The translations under genes were made by a program, and so were the position numbers. Source: an archaeon (GTDB lineage Archaea; B1Sed10-29; JAJSAI01). Taken from it: DNA of 26,008 nt. Below, piece after piece: positions 21,071 to 26,008 of the stretch; the first letter of the stretch is position 1; the number at the start of each line of letters is the position of its first letter. The stretch is taken from positions 1 through 26,008 of the forward strand of contig JAJSAI010000027.1 of the NCBI GenBank assembly GCA_024274695.1, written 5' to 3'. The notes beneath the pieces are model-generated. The model was not told the origin of the DNA, made no database searches, and worked only from the letters and a program-made list of their open reading frames with translations.

Positions 21071-21616
21071 ATGGTCGTGGGCATTCGCGTGGAAGAAATC
21101 ATGCACAAGGGGATCATAACCGTGGACAAGAGCGCCAGCGTGACCGAAGCAGCCAGGGTGATGGCGCGCGCTGGCGTAGGAGGGCTCATAGTCACTGATA
21201 TTAACGGTCCTGTAGGCATAATCACGGAAGGGGACATAATAAGGAGGGTGCTAGCAGAAGGCAAGGACCCGAAGAAGACCCGCGTCGAGGAAGTGATGAG
21301 CGCGCCCCTGAAGACCGTGGGCAGGAAAACTGACCTGGAGACCGTGGCAGAAAAAATGAGGGACTACAACGTTGACAGGCTCCCGGTAACCGGAGAGGAC
21401 GGGAGGATAATAGGTATAATAACAGAAAGGGATCTCGTGAGAACAGAGCCTGACCTGATACTAATAACCAGAGAAAAACGGGTTCTGGAGAGTATAAGGG
21501 GACAGAGGCCAGCAGAGCTCAGGTACTCGGGAGTGTGCGAGTCCTGCGGCAACTACTCTGAAGATCTCATGCTCACACCAGAAGGGCTTCTTTGCCCAGA
21601 ATGCAGAGGAGAGTGA
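21071..21616 (+). CDS. CBS-pair domain protein with C-terminal Zn ribbon
   Basis: 181 aa. Two CBS motifs (VEEIMHKGIITV...GIITEGDIIRR; VEEVMSAPLKTV...GIITERDLVR), then CESCG...CPECRG. Confidence 0.85.
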   Translation: MVVGIRVEEIMHKGIITVDKSASVTEAARVMARAGVGGLIVTDINGPVGIITEGDIIRRVLAEGKDPKKTRVEEVMSAPLKTVGRKTDLETVAEKMRDYNVDRLPVTGEDGRIIGIITERDLVRTEPDLILITREKRVLESIRGQRPAELRYSGVCESCGNYSEDLMLTPEGLLCPECRGE

Positions 21617-21620
21617 TAGC

Positions 21621-22436
21621 ATGCTCGTGAAAGACTACATGATCGGAGAAGCGTACGTGGTCGGGCCGGAAGAGCCTCTGGCCGCGGTGAGAAACCTTTT
21701 CCTCAAGAGAAAGCTTGAAAGCGTGCTCGTTTACGATGAAGAGCCGCTTGGGATAATCACAGAAAGAGATCTTGGAAAGGCTTTCTTCGAAGAAAAGAGG
21801 CCTATTGACGCCGTACCGGCCAAGGACATAATGTCCTCACCTCTCATAACCATAACCCCTGATGCTAGCGTCTACGAGGCCGCCCGGGTAATGGCGGAGA
21901 ACAGGATAAGCACCCTCCCAGTAGTACAAGGGAAGGAGGTTCTGGGGATACTCCCCAACACTCACCTGCTCAGGTTTTTCATTGAGCACCACACCGGAGA
22001 CGCGCCCATGTCCGAGGTCATGACACCTGAAGTGATCACAATAACAGAAAACCATTCCATATTCCGGGCCCTGAAGCTGATGAAAGAGCATGACATTGAC
22101 AGGCTCGTGGTCGTGCGCGACAACAAGGCAGTCGGGATCCTCTCCGACACTGACATAAGTTTCTCAGGGTTCGGGCTCAAGCCCAAGAGGGTCACGTTCA
22201 TCAGGAAGACGGTCAGGGGAGTCAGGCACGAGCACGTCAAAGTATTCCCCCTAGTGGTAGGGGACCTCATGAGGACCAGAATAGAGAAGGTCAAGCCCTT
22301 TGACGACGCGAGCCTGGGGGCCAAGAGAATGCTTGACAAGAGGATAGGAAGCGTCCTGGTCATGGAAGGAGACACTCTCCTGGGAATATCAACAAAGACA
22401 GACTACGTGAAATGGCTCGCAGAGCACGGGAAATAA
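21621..22436 (+). CDS. Four-CBS-domain protein
   Basis: 271 aa with four CBS repeats (GIITERDL, GILPNTHLL, GILSDTDI, GISTKTDYV). Confidence 0.85.
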   Translation: MLVKDYMIGEAYVVGPEEPLAAVRNLFLKRKLESVLVYDEEPLGIITERDLGKAFFEEKRPIDAVPAKDIMSSPLITITPDASVYEAARVMAENRISTLPVVQGKEVLGILPNTHLLRFFIEHHTGDAPMSEVMTPEVITITENHSIFRALKLMKEHDIDRLVVVRDNKAVGILSDTDISFSGFGLKPKRVTFIRKTVRGVRHEHVKVFPLVVGDLMRTRIEKVKPFDDASLGAKRMLDKRIGSVLVMEGDTLLGISTKTDYVKWLAEHGK

Positions 22437-22438
22437 TA

Positions 22439-22447
22439 TTTTATAAA
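22439..22447 (+). promoter_or_regulatory. Strong TATA box driving the H/ACA sRNA candidate
   Basis: TTTTATAAA begins 3 nt after the CBS stop. Its centre plus 26 nt gives about 22469, the first base of the predicted lower stem. Confidence 0.6.
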
Positions 22448-22468
22448 CCCGTTTTCACAGAATATTTA

Positions 22469-22530
22469 ACGGCGTGGGGGATGAACCCCGGTGAAAGGTG
22501 AGCCGAGGGACAATACCACGCCGTACAATC
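22469..22530 (+). ncRNA. Single-hairpin box H/ACA pseudouridylation guide sRNA (candidate)
   Basis: Hand fold. 9-bp lower stem ACGGCGUGG/CCACGCCGU. Pocket strands GGGAUGAA (5') and ACAAUA (3'). Upper stem CCCCGG/CCG(A)GGG. Apical K-loop-like GGUGA-AAGG-UGAGCC. An ACA box follows the stem directly (22525-22527), 15 nt from the top of the 3' pocket strand. Confidence 0.65.
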
Positions 22531-22670
22531 TCCCCATCCCCAATATCACCAGATCACGCTCACACCCTTTAACAAAAATCACCGAAAACAGTTCGGACAA
22601 CACGCTGGAAGGGCGTGGGCTAGTTCTGGGTATTGAGGGTGGGAAGACACCCCTTAAAAGGTAGTCCAGG

Positions 22671-23045
22671 ATGACAAGGGCTGAAAAACTAGAACTCCTA
22701 TTGCAGGAGCTCAGGGAGAACAAGAACACCAAGATAGTAGAAGGCAGCAAGGACAAAAAAGCCCTGGAATCGCTCGGGATAACCAACGTGATCACCTGCA
22801 GCAAGAGCCCACAGCAGGCTGCAGGAAAGGCAAGCGATCCCGCAGTGATACTCACGGACTACGACCGGACAGGGAGAAGGCTCGCGAGCCTTCTCGTGGA
22901 ACTATTACACGATCTCGGGAAGACAGCTGACCTCAGCTACCGCAGGAGGCTCAGAAAGCTTTCCGAGATAACCAGGATAGAAGAACTTCCGAAAAAAATT
23001 GAAAAAATTCGCAGAGGTGAAGCTTGTGGCAAAAACGTATGTTGA
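22671..23045 (+). CDS. Small Toprim-domain protein (COG1658 / UPF0292, RNase M5-like)
   Basis: 124 aa. Toprim glutamate (KIVEGSKDKKALESLG) and DxD (VILTDYDRTGRRL). Confidence 0.8.
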   Translation: MTRAEKLELLLQELRENKNTKIVEGSKDKKALESLGITNVITCSKSPQQAAGKASDPAVILTDYDRTGRRLASLLVELLHDLGKTADLSYRRRLRKLSEITRIEELPKKIEKIRRGEACGKNVC

Positions 23046-24189
23046 TACTGTCAAGTACGTTATAAACGCGGAGTTTGACATAAGCGGTGTGGTTGAAAAG
23101 CCTGACATAATAGGAGCCATATTCGGGCAGACCGAAGGGCTCCTGGGAGACGACCTGGACCTCAGGGAACTCCAGAAGTCAGGCAGGATAGGGAGAATAG
23201 AAGTAGACCTGCACACCGAGAAGGGAAGGACCAAAGGAAACATCACAGTGCCCAGCAGTATGGGGAGGATAGAGACAGGGCTCCTGGCAGCAGCCCTTGA
23301 AACAGTGGACAGGATCGGACCCTGCGAGGCAAAGATCAGGGTCACAGAAGTAGAGGACACCAGGACCAAGAAGAGACAGTACATAGTGGAAAGAGCCAAG
23401 GAAATACTAAAGAAGATGATAGAAAAACAGCTGCCGGAAAGCAAGGAACTCACAGAACTCGTCAGGGAAGAGGTCAAGACCTCGGAAATAACAGCCTGGG
23501 GTCCTGAAAAACTGCCAGCAGGACCAGCAGTGGATTCGTCTGATGAAGTGATAGTGGTCGAAGGAAGGGCTGACGTGCTCAACCTGCTCAAGTCAGACCT
23601 GGACAACGTTGTGGCCCTGCAGGGCAAGAACATCCCAAAGAGTGTTGTGGAACTGTCTCACAGGAAGACAGTAACCCTCTTCCTTGACGGCGACAGAGGA
23701 GGAGACCTGATAGTCAAGAACTTCCTGGAAGCAGGAGGAGAACCAGACTTCGTGGCAAAAGCGCCTGACGGGAAAGAGGTGGTAGAACTTACCCAGAAAG
23801 AGATCCTCAAGTGCCTCAGGAGAAAACTGCCCTTGTCAGAGTTCATGAGCCACACCTTCCGGGACTACGAGCACAAGGAAGAAAAACCCAGGGCACGCAG
23901 GAAGCAGGAAGATCCTCTGACCAAAATGGAGGACACCCTGAACAAGCTCGCGGGAACCCTGAAAGCAGTAATGTTCGACAAGAACATGAAAGAAATCAAA
24001 GAAATTCCCGTGAAAGAACTGGCCAGCACCCTGGAAAAAGAAAAGGGAGTGCACGCAGTAGTCCTGGACGGGATAGTCACCCAGAGGCTCGTGGACATCG
24101 CGGACAGGAAAGGAGTCAAGTACCTTGTCGCGGTAAAGCAGGGCAATCTCAAGCGAACAGGAAAAGTAGAAGTATACACAGCAGGATAA
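23026..24189 (+). CDS. dnaG: Archaeal DnaG (Toprim primase-like, exosome-associated)
   Basis: GVVEKPDIIGAIFGQTEGLLG, RIETGLLAAALE, GPEKLPAGP, VIVVEGRADVLNLL and LFLDGDRGGDLI are collinear with archaeal DnaG. The first codon in the ORF track (22999) is TTG. The GTG at 23026 follows SD AGAGGTGA by 5 nt. Either start overlaps the upstream Toprim gene. Confidence 0.9.
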   Translation: MAKTYVDTVKYVINAEFDISGVVEKPDIIGAIFGQTEGLLGDDLDLRELQKSGRIGRIEVDLHTEKGRTKGNITVPSSMGRIETGLLAAALETVDRIGPCEAKIRVTEVEDTRTKKRQYIVERAKEILKKMIEKQLPESKELTELVREEVKTSEITAWGPEKLPAGPAVDSSDEVIVVEGRADVLNLLKSDLDNVVALQGKNIPKSVVELSHRKTVTLFLDGDRGGDLIVKNFLEAGGEPDFVAKAPDGKEVVELTQKEILKCLRRKLPLSEFMSHTFRDYEHKEEKPRARRKQEDPLTKMEDTLNKLAGTLKAVMFDKNMKEIKEIPVKELASTLEKEKGVHAVVLDGIVTQRLVDIADRKGVKYLVAVKQGNLKRTGKVEVYTAG

Positions 24190-24317
24190 CCTCAAACCCC
24201 CTCCCTCTTATTTTTAGGGTCAGACATCCTCTTCTGATTGCAAACACCTGAATACTTCAGCATTTCAAACAGGACCCCACGTACGTTCCAGAGCCTGGAA
24301 ACCAGAAAAATTTTTAG

Positions 24318-24560
24318 AGGGGGTTAACACCCTCTACTCCACGAACAAGGAGCCGGATAAAAAAAGGAATAGAATGCCTTGCGGAAAACCCTTTCTTAAA
24401 AAGAAGCGGTTGTGACATCAAAAGACTGGAAGGACATTATACCCCTGTATTCCAGAGGCTCCGGATAGGAGACTACAGAATAAGTTATACGATAGAAAAG
24501 CGGAAAGTCAAGATAACCGAAATATTGCGCAGAAAAAAGGCTTACAAGTTCCTGGACTAA
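24318..24560 (+). pseudogene. RelE/ParE toxin remnant (5'-truncated or frameshifted, no start codon)
   Basis: My translation of this frame: ...IKKGIECLAENPFLKRSGCDIKRLEGHYTPVFQRLRIGDYRISYTIEKRKVKITEILRRKKAYKFLD*. This covers the C-terminal two-thirds of a RelE-like toxin. An in-frame TAG lies at 24315-24317 and there is no ATG/GTG start. An A7 run at 24358-24365 is a possible frameshift site. No antitoxin ORF lies upstream. Confidence 0.6.
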
Positions 24561-24674
24561 GAACCAAGAAAACACACAATTTCCGCGGAATTCTATCGGA
24601 AGCTGGGATACTCTGACTTCGCGAGAGTGATGTGCAAGCGGCTTAAAGAAGAGAAGGACCGTCAAGGTTTTTAA
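24561..24674 (+). pseudogene. Possible C-terminal remnant of a GNAT acetyltransferase
   Basis: The frame directly after the RelE stop reads EPRKHTISAEFYRKLGYSDFARVMCKRLKEEKDRQGF*. It resembles the GNAT C-terminal motif (N..A..fYeKlGF). It is very short and has no start codon. Confidence 0.25.
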
Positions 24675-24715
24675 GCTGCTTCAGGGGAATATGAGGCAGG
24701 AGAGAGTGGTGCCTG

Positions 24716-26008
24716 ATGCTTGACATCAAGCTGTTCAGAGAAAACCCTGACCTGATAAAACAGGATCTTGTCAAGAGGGGAGAAGACCCCAGCATTGTTG
24801 ACAGGATCGTTGAGCTGGACAGGGAATGGAGGCAGACCAAGAACGAGCTGCAGAAGCTCCAGCACCAGAGGAACCAGGTCACCAGGGAAATTGCTGAGCT
24901 CAAAAAGAAGGGAGAGGACGCGAGCCAGAAGATCGCGGAAATGAGGGAAGTCAACAAAAGAATAAAAGAAATGGAAGAGAGGGCAAGAAAACTTGAAAAA
25001 GAGAGGGATGACCTGAGGCTCAGGGTCCCGAACCTCACTCACGAGAGCGTGCCAGTAGGAAAGGATGACAGCGACAACGTCACGATCAGGACATGGGGAG
25101 AGCCCATCAAAAAGGACTTTGAGCTCAAGCCCCACCAGGACGTGCTCGAGGCCCTGGGGCTGGCGGATTTTGACGCTGCGGCCCAGGCGAGCGGCAGAGG
25201 ATTCTACTATCTGCTCGGACAGGCCGCGATGCTGGACCTCGCGATACAAAGATTCGCGTTGGACGAGCTCAGGAAAAAGGGTTATGTGATAGTCGAGCCT
25301 CCCCTGATGCTCAGGCGGAGGGCAATGCAGGGCGCGGTGGACCTGAGTGCGTTCGAGGACGTCCTGTACAAGGTGGAAGACGAAGACCTTTACCTGATAG
25401 CCACTTCAGAACACCCCCTAGCGGCCCTGCACATGGACCAGGTGATAGCAGAGGAGAGTCTTCCGCTAAGGTATGCTGGAATAAGCCCGTGCTTCAGGAA
25501 GGAGATAGGATCCCACGGGGTTGACACAAAGGGATTGTTCAGGGTCCACCAGTTCAACAAGATAGAACAGTTCGTCTACAGCATGCCTGAAAAGTCATGG
25601 GAAGAGCACGAGAGAATGATAGCAATAGCAGAAGAACTCTTCCAGAAACTGGAAATCCCGTACAGGGTTGTTAACGTGTGCACGGGGGACCTTGGAGGCA
25701 CTGCTGCCAAAAAGTATGACATAGAAGCGTGGATGGCGAGACAGGGAACTTACAGGGAAGTGGTCAGCTGCTCGAACTGTACCGACTACCAGGCCAGAAA
25801 ACTTAACATCAGGTACCAGAGGAAGAACGGGGAAAGAGGAGTGCTGCACACCCTCAACTCCACAGCAATAGCCACAGGGAGGGCGATGGTCGCGATAATA
25901 GAAAACAACCAACAACCGGACGGCACTGTCGTGATACCGAAAGTGCTCAGACCGTACATGGACGGGCAGGAAGTCCTGGAGCCCAGGAAAAAACCAGTAA
26001 CTTATTAA
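24716..26008 (+). CDS. serS: Seryl-tRNA synthetase
   Basis: 430 aa and complete (TAA at 26006-26008). MLDIKLFRENPDLI, an N-terminal coiled-coil arm, and class II motifs (FRKEIGSHGVDTKGLFRVHQFNKIEQF; GTYREVVSCSNCTDYQARKLNIRY; LNSTAIATGRAMVAIIEN). Confidence 0.95.
   Translation: MLDIKLFRENPDLIKQDLVKRGEDPSIVDRIVELDREWRQTKNELQKLQHQRNQVTREIAELKKKGEDASQKIAEMREVNKRIKEMEERARKLEKERDDLRLRVPNLTHESVPVGKDDSDNVTIRTWGEPIKKDFELKPHQDVLEALGLADFDAAAQASGRGFYYLLGQAAMLDLAIQRFALDELRKKGYVIVEPPLMLRRRAMQGAVDLSAFEDVLYKVEDEDLYLIATSEHPLAALHMDQVIAEESLPLRYAGISPCFRKEIGSHGVDTKGLFRVHQFNKIEQFVYSMPEKSWEEHERMIAIAEELFQKLEIPYRVVNVCTGDLGGTAAKKYDIEAWMARQGTYREVVSCSNCTDYQARKLNIRYQRKNGERGVLHTLNSTAIATGRAMVAIIENNQQPDGTVVIPKVLRPYMDGQEVLEPRKKPVTY

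Noticed and set aside
22469-22660. RNase P RNA or SRP RNA, considered because of the GGUGAAAGGUGAGCC string
   Set aside because: The region is too short. It lacks the universally conserved RNase P CR-I (GAGGAAAGUCC-like) element and the SRP helix-8 motifs. The string is better explained as the K-loop of an H/ACA hairpin.
22466-22855. The 129-aa minus-strand ORF spanning the intergenic region and the Toprim gene start
   Set aside because: It has no recognisable motifs and hydrophobic, low-complexity content. It overlaps a confident Toprim CDS and the structured RNA candidate.
24217-24277. A GGGTC...GACCC stem enclosing two CTGA motifs as a box C/D sRNA (either strand)
   Set aside because: No RUGAUGA C box lies next to the terminal stem on either strand. 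The best candidate (UGUUUGA) is too degenerate.

Overview
This is an archaeal chromosomal segment of about 50% G+C with purine-rich coding strands. It is dense in informational and housekeeping genes: Lrp/AsnC regulator, NrdD-like ATP-cone protein, 2H phosphoesterase, FlaI/VirB11-type ATPase, class I CCA-adding enzyme, deoxyhypusine synthase, aEF-1beta with its Zn-ribbon partner, S17e, RpoK, Pth2, Hjc, CBS proteins, a small Toprim protein, DnaG and SerRS. A dispersed DNA-end-processing set is also present: rad50, herA, nurA and a small SbcD/Mre11-related metallophosphoesterase, but no canonical mre11. Three things in the sequence are not explained by the ORF track. (1) A minus-strand tRNA-Arg(GCG) carries a 158-nt intron at position 37/38, built from tandem 25-nt repeats and an 11-bp hairpin. 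A 20-nt copy of the tRNA 3' end, followed by an encoded CCA, lies 65 nt downstream. (2) A well-formed single-hairpin H/ACA guide sRNA candidate sits behind a strong TATA box in the 234-nt gap upstream of the Toprim/dnaG genes. (3) Four divergent gene pairs are each separated by 54-55 bp around one central A/T box. This looks like single-TATA bidirectional leaderless promoters. Accessory content consists of type II toxin-antitoxin modules. An AT-rich RHH-RelE cassette lies between rad50 and rps17e, hicBA is wedged between nurA and herA, and a decayed RelE remnant with a possible GNAT remnant lies upstream of serS. Also of note are two tandem paralogous coiled-coil genes behind a Mut7-C nuclease gene, and apparently degenerate NrdD-like and LigT-like enzymes. 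All family assignments come from motif recognition by eye. No searches were run.
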